Origin: Octopus vulgaris
Taxonomy: Eukaryota
Length of the DNA stretch: 64,000 nt
Assembly (NCBI GenBank): GCA_951406725.2
Contig: OX597839.1
Span: forward strand, 27,218,001-27,282,000
Reading direction: 5' to 3'
The notes beneath the pieces are model-generated. The model did not search any database and was not told the DNA's origin. It saw nothing but the letters and a program-made list of their open reading frames with translations. Below, in pieces: positions 27,661 to 42,924 of the stretch. Each line of letters begins with the position of its first letter. Within the stretch, counting starts at the first letter, position 1. The position numbers and the translations under genes were made by a program.

Positions 27661-29779
27661 TTGTGGTAAGCTGGCAGAATCGTTAGCATGGCAGACAAAA
27701 TGGTTAGCGGTATTTCGGTCACCGCTACATTCTGAGTTCAAATTGTAGTCTTGGGTCAACCAAAGCCTTGTGAGTGGATTTGGTAGACGGAAACTGAAAG
27801 AAGCCCATCATATATATATGTGTGTGTGTGCATGTGTATATGTTTGTGTCTGTGTTTGTCACCCCACCATCACTTGACAGCCAATGTTGGTGTGTTTGCA
27901 TCCCTGTAACTTAGCAGTTCAGCAAAAGAAGAAACTGATAGAATAAGCACTAAGCTTACAAAGAATAAGTCCTGGGGTCAGTTTACTCAGTGCTCCAGCA
28001 TGGCCGCAGTCAAATAACTGAAACAAGTAAAAGAATATATATATATATATATATATAAATATATGACAGGCTTCTTTCAGTTTCCTTCTACCAAATCCAC
28101 TCACAAGGCTTTGGCTGGCCTGTGGCTATAGTATAAGACACTTGTCCGAGGTGCCATGCAGTGGGACTGAACCTAGAACCATGTGGTTGGGTAGCAAGCT
28201 TCTTACCGCACAGCTATGCTTACGCTTATACTATTAATTAAGTTTAATTAGTTATACCATCATCAAAGAGATATAAACCTTGTTTCATTGGTTAAGAATA
28301 CTTAAGATACAAGAAAGACTAAAACAAAAGCAAAAAAGAACCCCCCAAAAAAAGAAAAACAAAAGCAAGGGACATAACTCAAAATAACACTGGTGATTAT
28401 TTATTTAAAGTAGTTACTGCAACAGTGATCCAATTTAATTAAAATTAATTAAAATTTAATTAAAACTGATTAAAACAAAGGTAATATTTCATTTTTAGAC
28501 ATAATTTCTGGAGAAAATTAATAAGGTGGCGGTGCCCCAGCATGGCCACAGCTCGTGAGCTGAAACTAGATAAAATAAAAATAAAAAAAAATAAAGGTAT
28601 TCTTGGCCAAAACTGGAAGATAAAAATACCTGCACAGGTGACTGCTAATGTAGGTAAAGTGGCTCAGTGGTAAAAGGTGAGCATTGGGGGTTCAAATCCA
28701 CCCTAAAGGCAGGTTGTTGAGGGATTGTTGTTTTGCTGGTTTCAGTCATTGGACTGTGGCCATGCTGGGGCATTTCTTCCATGGTTTTTGTATTTACTTT
28801 TTCTTTGCTTTGTCAATTAATGATATTGGTAAGGTGAATCTGTAATGTCTTCTATTATAGCCCTGGGCCAACCAAAGCCTTATAGTTGGATATGGTAGCT
28901 GGGAATATATGTATGTATGTATGTATATATGTATGTATGTATGTATATATATATAGGTGCAGTTGTAGCTATGTGGTAAGAAGCTTGCTTCCCAACTACA
29001 TGGTTCTGGGTTCAGTCCCACTGCATGGCACCTTGATTAAGTGTCTTCTGCTATAGCCTTGGGCCAACCAAAGCATTATGTTAGCTGGGAATGTGTGTGT
29101 GTATGTATGTATGTATGTATGTATGTATTTATGTATGTATGTATATATGGGTGCAGTTGTGGCTGTGTGGTAAGAAGCTTGCTTCCCAACCACATGGTTC
29201 CAGGTTCAGTTCCACTGCATGGCACCCTGGGCAAGTGTCTTCTATTATAACCTCGGGCCACCCAAAGCCTTCTGAATGGATTTGTAGATAGAAACTGAAA
29301 GAAGCCCATCGTGTATATATGTGTGTGTGTGTGTCTCTGTGTGTGTGTGTATGTGTGTGTCTGTGATTGTCCCTTCCATTAGAATAAGTACTAGGCTTGC
29401 AAAGAATGAGTCCTGGGGTTGATTTACTCGACTAAAGGTGGTGCTCCAGCATGGTCATAGTCAAACGATTGAAACAACCGGTGTTAGTTTGTTTATGTCC
29501 CATAAATAGATAGATAGATATAGATAGATATACATACACACGCACATACCTCTCTCTCTCTCTCAGTGTATAGATATATAAAATTAAATATTCACACACA
29601 CACTCACCCATATTACTAAACTATCCTATTTAAATCTTTCTATATGTGTGTGTATATATGTTTATATATCTATTTATACATATGTATGTATGTATATATC
29701 TATATATATACATACGTATGTATGTATATATATATATATACATACATACATACGTATGTGTATATATATATATATATAA

Positions 29780-29861
<82 letters not shown>

Positions 29862-31396
29862 GTGTATATATGTATGTATATATATATATGTTGTACTGTG
29901 TTAGTCAGTCCTGGTCTCACGTCTTGCAGATACCGACTTCTAAATTTATCTTGTGGCTGCAAACCGTGTTTGCTTGAATACAAAGAGGCATTGTGGGAAA
30001 TATTCAACAGATAATGGAAGAATACTAATGTTGTTGTTGTTGTTGTTGTTGGCGTTGAGGGGGTGGCGGTGGAGATAAAATACCCTGTGGTATTCGTCAA
30101 AGTCATATCATGCTCTGAGTCCAATCTCCAGGCGATTCCACCTTACTCTTCCCCGTCTTTGGTGCCGAGACAGGGTGTGGAGTTCGGGAATGCGAAGTCA
30201 GTCTGAAGTGTACCGGTAATTAACTGGGCTCCGATTCGATCAACTTGTTTGCTGTCATGTTGAAATACGTGGCCTTGGGCTAAAATTGTACATAGCATTG
30301 TTTTGTCTTTTATTTTGTCTTTCATTGTCTTTCGATTGCTTCAGTCATTAGACTGTGGCCATGCTGGGGCACCACCTTGAAAGGGTTTAGCAGAACAAAT
30401 CAATGGCTGTACTTATTCCTTCTTTAAGCCTGATTCTTATTTTATTCCTCGTGAAAAATTATATATATATCATCATCATCATCATCATCACCTTTTAATG
30501 TCCACGTTCTGTACTGGTATGGGTTGGACAGTTTGATTGATGACTAGCAAACCCGAAGGCTGCACCAGGCTCCAATCCGATCTGGCAAGGTTTCTATAGC
30601 TTGATGCCCTTCCTAACGCCAACTACTCTGAGAGTGTAGTGGGTGCTCTTTACATGCAACCAGCATGGGAACCAGTCAGGCAGCAGTGGCATCAACTACC
30701 CTCGGATGGTGCGTTTTATGTGCCACTAGCACTGGAGCCAGTCAGACGATACTGGCATATATATCTCTTATGATAAAAGGCAGATTTTCTCTGCCTCTCA
30801 CATAGTTTGTTTTTAATACAATTGTACAATATAGAATTTCTTCAATTGGAATTTACCTATGATTTTTCGAAGTAGATTCGATTGGGTCATGGCATATACA
30901 TATTTTTCAATTTCACCCCCAATTAAGCAAAAATTCGAGAAAACTCAATATTTTACGATTTGACTCTCTCATTTCAAATGCTTTACTCCTGCTATTACCA
31001 CACTTTATATATATATCATCATTATCACCATCATCATCATCCTCATCTTCATTCAGCATTTGTTTTCCATGCTGGCATGGGTTAGACAGTTTGACTGGAA
31101 CTGTTAAGCCAGAGAGCTGCACCAGGTTCCAGTCTGATTTGGAATGGTTTCTACAGCTGGAAGCCCTTCATAATGGCCACCACTCCAAGAGTGTAATGGG
31201 TGCATTTTATGTACCACCGGCATAGTGATCAAACATTTGATCACTATGAAACAAATCTATGTGGTTCTTCTGCAAGAAAACGCCAAAATCTTCATCCATC
31301 GTCTAATGAAAGGCAAATCGTTAACACGCTGGGCGAAATGTCTAGCAGTATTTTGTCTGCCATTACGTTCTGAGTTCAAATTCCACCAAGGTCAAC

Positions 31397-31427
<31 letters not shown>

Positions 31428-31810
31428 CAAATATATACACACACACGCACACACATACGACTGGAGGTAAATACATACCTATGTGGTGTGTGCGTCTGTG
31501 TGCTTATATATATGTATATATGTGTGTGTATAAGTGTTTATGTATGTGTGTGCATGTGTGTGTATGTGTGTGAATATGTGTACGTTTGTGTGTGTTTGTT
31601 TGTACATACCGAGTACATGTACATGAATGCATAGTGCATATTTAGGATGTGTGTATATATATGCATATATATATATATATATATATATAGGAGTGTGTTA
31701 GCATATCCTTATATGTATGTATGACAGGGAGTGTATATGTGTGTGCGCATATATTCATACTGATTACATGTATATTAATTTGAAGTGTGTGTGTATATAC
31801 ACACACACAC

Positions 31811-31871
<61 letters not shown>

Positions 31872-32663
31872 CACATACACACCTGTATGTATGTGATGTA
31901 TGTGCGTATCTGATATGGATGGGAGTATGTTTGGGTATGTGTGTGTGTTTGTGTGTATATATGTTTGTATGTGTATGTGTGAGTGCATGTAAACTTGTGT
32001 ATGTTTGTGTGTGTGTGTGTGTGTGTGTGTAGGAAGGGACGGTGTGTGGATGGACGGTAGGGGTGGATTACCAAATTAGAAAACTTGTCTAAATACAGCT
32101 CTTGTTTATCAGGGTAGAAAATATGGTTGCCAAAAATGGAACAAAGAACAACAACAAAAATAAAGAAGGAAAAAGAAAAAGAAAAAAGAACATATTTAAA
32201 GCATAAAGTAAACAACTTTCCAACAAAAACATCATCATCAGCAGCAGCAGCAATATCAACAACAACAATAACAGCATCGTCTCTACCACCACCACCACCA
32301 CCACCACCATCGTCATCATCGTCACCACAACCTCATTCAGGAAAAACTTCATCGACCACCACCACCACCACCACCATCAGCATCATTATAATCATCATCA
32401 CCACTACCACAGCCACCACCACCATCATCATCATCATCATCGTCACCATCATCACCACCACCATCGCCAGGAAAAACTTCATCGCCACCACCACCACCAC
32501 CATCAGCATCATCATCATCATCATCATCATCGCCACCACCACCACCACCATCAGCATCATTATAATCATCACCACTACCACAGCCACCGCCATCATCATA
32601 ATCATCATCGTCACCATCATCACCACAACCATCGCCAGGAAGAACTTCATCACCACGACCACC

Positions 32664-32697
<34 letters not shown>

Positions 32698-32702
32698 TCG
32701 CC

Positions 32703-32733
<31 letters not shown>

Positions 32734-33461
32734 CCGCACCACACCACAGCCATCACCACCATCATCATCATCATCATCGTCACCATCATCACCACCACCA
32801 CCATCGCCAGGAAAAATTTCATCACCACTACCACAGCCACCACCATCATCATCATCATCATCAACGACAACAGCAAAATTCTTCCAAATAAATCAGCTGA
32901 TCGTCTGTCTGTGTGTCGTCTGCCCGTCAGGTCGTCTGTCTGTCAGGTCGTCTGCCTCAGTCAATCACGGATCTGTTGGGGGTTTTTTTTATTTCATTTT
33001 TCTTTTGCTTGTTTTTCTTTTGCTTTGTTTTGCTTTTGTTTTGTGTTGTTTTCTTTCGTAAATATTTAGAGATTCTTTTTTACTGTTTTTTTGTTAAAAT
33101 AGAATCTATTAACTCCATTTACTTATTCCTTGTGGAATGGTTTTGGTCAAAAATGGTCTTGAAGAAGAAAAGAGCCATTGAAATGGAGAGGTTGGTTGGA
33201 GATACACGTAACACTCACTTCCTAGTCTCTCTCTTTCTCCCTCTCCCACTCTCTGTCTCTATCACTCTCCCACTCTCTGTCTCTATCACTCTCTCTTCTC
33301 TCTCTGTGCCTCTTTCTTGATTTCTGTCTTTCTATCGCTTCATCTCTCTCTCTTTCTGCCTCTCTGTCTCTCTCTCTCTCTCTCTCTCTTACTCTCTGTC
33401 TCTATCACTCTCTCTTCTCTCTCTGTGCCTCTTTTTTGATTTCTGTCTTTCTATCGCTTCA

Positions 33462-33493
<32 letters not shown>

Positions 33494-34076
33494 ACTCTTT
33501 TTTATTGTATCTCTCTTTCTCACCCTCTCTCCCGTTTTCCATCTCACTCTCTCTCTCGTAATCTCTTTCTTTCTCTTTCTCTGTCTTTCTCCCTCTCTTC
33601 TCCTGACATACACGCACACACATATATCCATACACACACATGCCCTTATATATATAAAGCACCCAGAAACCAATACACACACATTCAAACATATAAGCAT
33701 ATATATACATGCGTGGTAAGGAGCTTGCTTCCCAACCACATGGTTCCAGGTTCAGTCCCACTGCGTGGCACCTTGGGCAAGTGTCTTCTACAATAAACTC
33801 GGGCTGACCAAAGACTTGTGATTGGATTTGGTAGACGGAAACTGAAAGAAGTCTATCGTGAGTGGGCTTGGTAGATGGAAACTGAAAGAAGCCCGTCGTA
33901 TATATATATATATATAATATATATGTATGCATGTGTCTCCCCAAAATCATTTGACAACCGATGTTGGTGTTTTTACGTCCCCGTAACATTGGTGGTTCGG
34001 CAAAAGAAATCGATAGAATAAGGCTTACAAAGAATATGTCTCGGGGTCGATTTGCTCGACTAAAGGCAGTAAAAGA

Positions 34077-34127
<51 letters not shown>

Positions 34128-34195
34128 ACCTCGTGTGTACCGTTGGCGATTTTTTTTCCTCTGTCTTCCCTTCTTTGGATCTTTCCTTCTCCTAT

Positions 34196-34230
34196 GTTTC
34201 CGACGAAGAGCTCCGCTCGAAACGTTAAAC
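34196..34230 (+). ncRNA. degenerate hammerhead-like motif (family H2)
   Basis: GTTT CCGACGA A GAGC TCC GCTC GAAAC GTT AAAC; U4 is replaced by C. Confidence 0.55.
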
Positions 34231-35856
34231 CCTCCTTCTTTCCTTCCTTCTTGAGCGTCCAATAATACTATATTTGTTCCACGTCCTCGCGTTTTTGATT
34301 TTTCATGTTTGGATTAACTATATATATATATATATATATATATTTACCTAATACACACACGCACACATAAACATATTATTCTGATGTACACATGCACACA
34401 CATTACCAGGTACCCATGCACACATACATACACACATACATTCATAAACTCATACATTCCAATACATATCTATTTACACGTAAACTAATACACTCATATC
34501 TATGCCTACATCGGAGCTCATATATGCGTACAAACATAAAAGAAAACACACGCGCACGCACACACACATACATATCTACACATAAGCATTATACTTAACT
34601 GCACACGGAAATGCACACACACTCACATATACATACACAAGCACATAAACACACTCACACACACACACATTCATACACAGAGAAACTCACTCACATATAC
34701 ACATACACAGAAATATACACTGTCATATACACATACAAACATATACACACACACACGCACACACACACATATTCACATACACGCATACACACACATACTC
34801 ATCTATATACACACACGCATACGCATTCACACACACATGCGCACTTATACACACAAATACACACACGCATACATACACACACGCACATACACACTCACAC
34901 ACATACACACTCACACACTCGCATACACACTCACACACATATTCACCTATAAGCACACAAATAAACACATACACATCTATATACACACACATACACGCTC
35001 ACACACACACATATACGCGCTCACACACGCATACACACTCACACACATTCACCTATATGCACACAAATAAACACACACACATCTATATACACACACAGAC
35101 ACGCATACACACTCACACACACATTCACCTATATGTACACAAATATACACACACACATCTATATACACACAAATACACACTCCCACACACGCATACACAC
35201 TCACACACACATATACATACTCACACACACATACACACTCACACTCACACACACATTCACCTATATGCACACAAATAAACACATACACATCAATATACAC
35301 ACTCACACACACGCATACACTCACACACATACACGCATACACACTCACACACATATACACACTCACACACGCATACACACTCACACACACACATACATAC
35401 TCACACACACACATACACACACTCACACACACTCACTCACACACACGCAGACACACTCACATACACACATTCACCTATATGCACACAAATAAACACATAC
35501 ACCTCAATATATACACAAATACACACTCACACACACGCATACATACTCACACACACACGCATACACACACTCACACACACGCATACACACTCACACGCAT
35601 ATACACTCACACACACTCACTCACACACACGCAGACACTCACGTACACACGCACCTATATACACACAAACAGACACACACTCGTACACACACCCATACAC
35701 ACACACACACACACCTGAAGGAATACGGTTGTGGCATCGTTTCTGTCTGTGTCCACAAGATGTTAGTCTGTAACATTTTCTAAAGATCATCCAGAAGCGA
35801 TGACCTTTTTACAAACAAACCTGTTATCTCGCCACCAAATATTTCTTCTTAACTCC

Positions 35857-35900
<44 letters not shown>

Positions 35901-35952
35901 TCACTGATCTTTGCCGCAGCTTTAACGGAATTTCAATTCATTATTATTATTA

Positions 35953-35993
<41 letters not shown>

Positions 35994-36007
35994 TATTATT
36001 ATTATTA

Positions 36008-36097
<90 letters not shown>

Positions 36098-36101
36098 AAT
36101 A

Positions 36102-36653
36102 GAGTGAGAGAGCAGCGCATGCAATCAAAATGACACTGGGGTAAAATATATGAATTCCAATATACCCGCCATGACAAACCGTCTGATAAGGGTACACTAG
36201 GAACATGCAGCACAACCATATGTGCGCTGGTGATCTCATATGAAGATAAACAGCACATGACCTAGCAGGTGGGGCCCAGTTAGAATTTTCTTCAGGTTGA
36301 TTAGCCCATCCTGCTCAAGAGGTCCCTGAATAAGGGTTGTTTAAGGATGTTGAAAGGACCACCCATGTTTCCAGAGGTGAATTATTCAAACCCCAAAGAA
36401 TCCCTCTCAACACAAGGCTATGATGCTCCCCTACTACTTCTGCTCGTGATCAGAGATGCACATATCGTCAGCCACTGAGGGACATGCTCAACTGGTTGAG
36501 GTCAAACAACTGACAAGCAAATCTGTGGTATTGAGCAGAATATTTGCTGTAGCCCATCTTTTATACCAAGACAAAACAATGTACAGGATAACACTTCCAA
36601 TCAGTTAAGATGAGAAGCCATGAAAGCCACTGCCTGGTACTGCATCAGGGCAT
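36102..36653 (-). mobile_element. ~550-bp non-coding repeat in a (TAA)/(TAG) tract, complete copy
   Basis: Reverse complement of 16599-17136 plus the terminal ...ctgctctctcactc. Confidence 0.75.
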
Positions 36654-36654
36654 A

Positions 36655-36713
<59 letters not shown>

Positions 36714-36810
36714 TGGAATGATGTTGGAGTGCAAACATGTTTGTGGGATTAAGAAATTTACTTCCCGACTGCATGGTTTCTTCTTAGCACCTTAGGTAAG
36801 TTATCGAAGG

Positions 36811-37200
36811 ATCAACTGCCCTTTAGATCCCTAACCTTTGTGGAACAGCCTAATACACACGCATATAAGTGCTTAGATGAATTTCCTGGGTGTGTCCATT
36901 ATTACGTAGGTGTTACCGCTTTTAAATTTATGACCATAATACATAACCACATTCATTCTTTTAAATACTAAAGAAAACTACTATTTGTTGGCCAAGTTCA
37001 TGTGGGGCCTCAAAGGAACGAATAAAGACTAATCCATTTTGTCTATCCTATGTACTGCTGTTCCTTGCAGAGAGGGTGATAGTAGCTGTAATTTGTGCTC
37101 AGTTGAGGCACTGGAAATTCTCAATTGCAAATCCAACTTAAAAAGCGTAACGAGTTATTACTTCGCTGTTCACACTTATTAAATAAAACCTTAAAATTTC
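36811..37200 (+). pseudogene. Penelope-like element GIY-YIG endonuclease remnant (Naiad-like)
   Basis: Frameshifted pieces NCPLD / HYYVGVTAFKFMTIIHNHIHSFK / TAVPCREGDSSCNLCSVEALEIL / KRNELLLRCSH resemble the PLE EN pattern YIG...NH..SF...CxLCxxE...LNKRxE...CRH. Confidence 0.62.
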
Positions 37201-38045
37201 AACACAAAAATCCTAGGCCTTAAATTAATGCCTGCGTTCCCTTTTTTTTGGGGGGGGGGATTATCCCACCTCCTTTAATTATCTGTTTTGTAACATACCA
37301 AATACTCATTTCTTAATTAGTCTGTAATCTAATCCTTAACTAGAGCATCTAATTTCATTTAATTTCATTCAGTTCCATTTGACTGCGATCAGCGTATTAT
37401 TTCTTGAATGGATTGTAGAGTTCGGTTATAGAACATTTCGCCGTAAACATTTTTGCCGTAGGAAAATTCATGTATGAAATCTAATTTTAAATGACCTTAT
37501 CACATTTTTCTAATGTTTGACGTTGAATAAAGACTTGCCTGTTTAATTCTTTTATAAAAACTTTAATCATTCTTCTTCATTATTAAAAACAAAATGGTGA
37601 TATAATACGCTTACTGCGAATAAGTCTTCTGGCAAATTTTTTTACTGCAAATTTTCCTATACGTCGAAATTTTTTGAGGCGAATTTTCCAGGCACGGCAG
37701 AGGCGGGCATTTAACTCATAATTTTTACACGCATTTATAATTATACCTAGCTGAATCTCCTTGTTCTTTCTTCTTAAATCAACATAGTGAATATCGAGTA
37801 ATAATTTCCTTTTCTATATTCTCTCTGGCTTAACGTACTTTTATACTTACTGACATCTTGACCTCCTAGGACTGTAAATTTAGCAAGTTTATAATAAATC
37901 GAAGACGCCGATTTGATACGTCAGTGATGTCTATATTTATAGATGTGCAATTCTCTATATTTAGAGCTCTAGGCCAATGCAACCCACTTCCCCCCAAGGA
38001 TATATGTTTGTCGGAAACTCTGAAAAAGCTACCATAATAACTTTA

Positions 38046-38162
38046 CGGTCTGACGAGAATGGTTGACGGTTAACTTCCATTGATTAATTGATTAATTATG
38101 CATACAAACCGGTGTAAAGGGAAGAACCAGTTCCTCCAGTCATTTGAAACGATCGTATTCTT
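38046..38162 (+). ncRNA. decayed hammerhead-like motif with long stem II, downstream of the PLE EN remnant
   Basis: CTGACGA GAATGGTTG...CAGTCATTT GAAACGATCGT A; stem I is not pairable. Confidence 0.45.
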
Positions 38163-38215
38163 GAATAAAGTTATGTAACAACTTTATTTATATTCATATT
38201 TATGTAGGTATATAC

Positions 38216-38246
<31 letters not shown>

Positions 38247-38322
38247 TGTATGTATGTATGTATGTATGTATGTATCGTTAGCCACTACACACATTTTTTC
38301 TCTCCTTGTTTTTTCTGTGTCC

Positions 38323-38358
38323 CTTTCTGTAGAAGAGCGTAGGCTCGAAACGTAAAAG
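38323..38358 (+). ncRNA. degenerate hammerhead-like motif (family H2)
   Basis: CTTT CTGTAGA A GAGC GTAG GCTC GAAAC GTA AAAG; A6 is replaced by U. Confidence 0.5.
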
Positions 38359-38446
38359 ACTTTTTCTATTCCTGAGCGTTATACTAATACATCTGTTTGT
38401 TTTATACACCACCTGTCTTCGTCTTTTGTTTTTTTTCGTAAACTCT

Positions 38447-38532
<86 letters not shown>

Positions 38533-38671
38533 GTATGTATATATATATATATGTATGTATATATATATGTATGTATATATATATATATGTATGTATATAT
38601 ATATATATGTATGTATATATATATGTATATATATATATGTATATATATATATATGTATGTATATATATATG

Positions 38672-38780
<109 letters not shown>

Positions 38781-38865
38781 TTATATATATATATTTATAT
38801 ATATATGTATTTATATATATATGTATTTATATATATATGTATTTATATATATATATGTATTTATA

Positions 38866-38990
<125 letters not shown>

Positions 38991-39133
38991 ATTTATATAT
39001 ATATGTATATATATATATATGTATATATGTGTATTTATATATATATGTATATATATATATATATGTATATATATGTATATATATATGTGTGTATTTATAT
39101 ATATATGTATATATATATGTGTATATATATATG

Positions 39134-39188
<55 letters not shown>

Positions 39189-39873
39189 CTCTATATATAC
39201 ACACGCACAGTCAAATAGATGAGATCCAGAGAAAGATTTTCCTCCCTGACGAAGGAGGCCGGTATTACAATAATGTTTATATGCATCCTGTGCCGGTTGC
39301 ATATCCTTGAATTTTGGCGCACGCCATCTACCAATTATGAACATTACAAATATGACGTAATTCCAATCGCATAGAAACAGTTGTCGGGTTTAAAATATCA
39401 CGCTTTCTCCCCTTAGTTTTCAGCATTTTTTGTACTCAATGTACATTTATTTATTTCGTAAATATATAAATATCTGTATGCTTATACCTGGGCTTTCATC
39501 TGAATATTTTCAATTCGTGCTTCTTCTTATATATATTCCCCTATATATATTTACATGTGTATATGTATGTATCTATATTTTATATATCAAACCCAAGCGC
39601 GTTTATCTGTATCTCTCTCTCTCTTCCCCTATATATGTATATTTACTCACACCCATGTATGTAATGGCAAGATCCTTAGATCTAAGTATAGGAAGTTTGT
39701 AAGCTTTGAGTAGTCTGCGGTAGGTATAAAAAACAATGTTCAGGAACAATAATTTACTAGTGGGTCTCATGAATATTTCCTGGAATCAATGGTAAACTTA
39801 TTGGGTTATTTGTGAAAACTATCCAAAATACCTGGAAGCATTGCTTGTGTTGTGTCTGTATCAAAAGGATATA

Positions 39874-40174
39874 TGGATGGAAGCACTCCGTCGGTTACGA
39901 CGACGTGGGTTCCGGTTGATCCGAATCAACGGAACAGCCTGCTCGTGAAATTAACGTGTAAGTGGCTGAGCACTCCACAGACACGTGTACCCTTAACGTA
40001 GTTCTCGGGGATATTCAGCGTGACACAGAGAGTGACAAGGTCGGCCCTTTGAAATACAGGTACAACAGAAACAGGAAGTAAGAGTGAGAGAAAGCTGTGG
40101 TGAAAGAGTACAGCAGGGATCACCACCGTCCCCTGCCAAAGCCTCGTGGAGCTTTAGGTGTTTTCGCTCAATAA
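39874..40174 (-). mobile_element. SINE family C, tail type 2 (5'-truncated)
   Basis: Near-identical to 21121-21425. Confidence 0.8.
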
Positions 40175-40384
40175 GATGGATATATATACGCGCTTCGATG
40201 GGCATATGAATAAATATGTATTTATCTGCATCTATATTTATCAGTTTCTCTACGCTTAGAGTCTAACTATTCTTGGAAATACTCTCAAAACGTATTGTTA
40301 ATTACTGACATATTTTTGCGACCTACCAGTTAGTTTCTCAGTTTTTACTAAACCCTTATATCTCTCTCTTCCATCTCTTTGCAG

Positions 40385-40614
40385 CTCTGTTTGGCGTTTT
40401 GTTCATGGATCGACAGGAGGCTGCATTCGCGTCTTACCGCATGTTCCACGCCACTGGTTGCGCCATAGCGTTCGGTTACAGCTACTTCTTGTGTGTGGTG
40501 ACCAAAGTCTACATCCTCGCTGGCGCAATGGGCGTCTCACTGCTGGCGTACGGCGTCATTGAATTGCGGCTGAGGTTACAGCTGCAAGACACCAAAGACA
40601 TTGTGGCTCTGTAG
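40385..40614 (+). CDS. UNC93A: UNC-93-like protein A, last coding exon
   Basis: Acceptor ctctttgcAG ending at 40384. The phase-1 join (A+CT=Thr) gives QTQTF-T-LFGVLFMDRQEAAFASYRMFHATGCAIAFGYSYFLCVVTKVYIL...DIVAL*, matching the UNC93A C-terminus (LYGVLF...EAAFANYR...IAFGYS.FLC). TAG at 40612-40614. Confidence 0.92.
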
Positions 40615-41144
40615 AGCAGAGCAGAGCAGATCCGAGTAGGAACTGGCACAAATGGACACACAGACAGACAGACAGACTGACAGGCAAATAGAAAGACTGG
40701 AAGGACAGACGGACAGACTGACAAAAAGACTGATCAACTAAAAGACCAGAAATGATATGGACAGACAGATAAACTTTACTTTCACTTTCACTTTCCATTG
40801 TAACCCATCGTAGTACTGCCAAATTTCCACCGCTACTACACACTCCTCCCCACCGCCAATCACCATGACCATAAATACCATCTGCACCATCAACAACAGT
40901 GATAACACCACTGGCAATAGCAACGGCACCAGAACCAGCGACAGTGGCACCAATACCAGGGCAGTCACCTTACCACAAATCACCTTTCGCGCCATTATCG
41001 CTCGTGTCATCCGCCATTGCATTATCAATGTATGTATATATATTTGTATTCGTACGTGTGTCTATATTTATGTGTGTGCGTGTGTGTGTGTGCATGTGCA
41101 TGTGCGTGCGTACATGTATATATATATATATACATACATATTAG

Positions 41145-41361
41145 GGCGGCGGACTTGCAGAATCGTTAGCACGTCGGGCGAAATGCTTAGCGGTATTTCA
41201 TCTGCCGCTACGTTCTGAGTTCAAATTCCGCCGAGGTCGACTTTGCCTTCGGGGTCGATAAATAAAGTACCAGTTACGCACTGGGATCGATGTAATCGAC
41301 TTAATCCCTTTGTCTGTCCTTGTTTGTCCCCTCTATGTTTTGCCCCTTGTGGGCAATAAAG

Positions 41362-41365
<4 letters not shown>
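41145..41365 (+). mobile_element. SINE family B, downstream of the stop codon (probable 3' UTR)
   Basis: Same sequence as 3195-3423. Confidence 0.8.
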
Positions 41366-41398
<33 letters not shown>

Positions 41399-41541
41399 CA
41401 TACATATATGAATAAGAACAGTCAACTTTTCAATTGTGATACGTGCGGCATCCGAGTGACTATTTATTTGTTTTGTGTGTGTGTGTGTGTGTATGTAGAT
41501 TTTTGTATGAATACATGTGTGTGCGCGTATGTATCTGTATG

Positions 41542-41578
<37 letters not shown>

Positions 41579-41704
41579 GTATGTATACATACACATATGA
41601 ATTGTATTCGGTATACCAGTAATGTTTGCGTTGATGTAATATTATTTGTTCAACTTTACGATTGGCATCGTCATCACCACCATCATCATCATCATCATCA
41701 CCAC

Positions 41705-41747
<43 letters not shown>

Positions 41748-41907
41748 GTTGCTGTCATCGTCATCATTATAACTATGACCATGATCATTGTCATCAACAT
41801 TGCCATTGTTGCTGTCGTAATCGCACCATCATCCTCCTCAGCATCACGATCATCCTCATCATCATCATTTCCGTCGTCATCATCATTGTCACCACTACCA
41901 CGAACAG

Positions 41908-41954
<47 letters not shown>

Positions 41955-42710
41955 CCGTTATCGTCCTCATAATCCTCATCATTTACATCTGTTCATCAGC
42001 CATTGTTACATGGACGGGGGAGAATGTTTTTTTTTTCCTTCCTCTTCTGTGTCCGACCTCTTCACCACTTCTCACGTCTTCCTCAGTCTTCCTCCAACAC
42101 AAGCTCCCTCTGTACAGGGTTGCATGGCAACTTCTTCACTCGAACTCCCTTCCCATCATCCTCCGTGTGCATCACGTGATCATATCAGTGCAATATCTGT
42201 TGCACATTTACAGCGGATTGTTTTTTGTTTTTTGTTGTTTTTTTTACATCTGTTTTTTTTTTCCTCTCCTCAAATCTGCGCTGTCGTTTAATGCACGCTA
42301 GTATTTACGCAACAACCCCGCGGAGCATGCTTAGCTCAACTCTAATTAAAGCCTTCGCCGCCTCACATCCTCTGCACACAATTAATGCCAAAATGCGTCC
42401 GACTGTGAAACCGTAACATGCATGGAAACATAGAAACACCAAAAAAGAAAAAAAAAGAACAAACGAAAAAGAAAAAGAAGAAACGAAAAACAAAAATCAA
42501 GTGTAAGAAAAACTGCAAAATAGAAACGAAGAAAACCCAACAATCACTCTTATAATAAATGGCGTTGTGTATTTATATATTTCATGTCACACCAAAGGAA
42601 ATAACCTCAGTATGTTATTGATACATCGATTATCTCCCTTCGTTATGTGACACTCAGTAGAACCACATATATATATATACACATACATACATACATACAT
42701 ACATACATAC

Positions 42711-42852
<142 letters not shown>

Positions 42853-42879
42853 GATATATATATATATATATATATTATG

Positions 42880-42912
<33 letters not shown>

Positions 42913-42924
42913 CTGACAGACAGA

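Noticed and set aside
26748-27748. Poly-His and Asp/Gly-rich ORFs resembling structural or biomineral proteins (also 8276-9635, 32127-32891)
   Set aside because: (CAT/CAC)n tracts open in most frames, with no signal peptide, splice sites or unique coding context.
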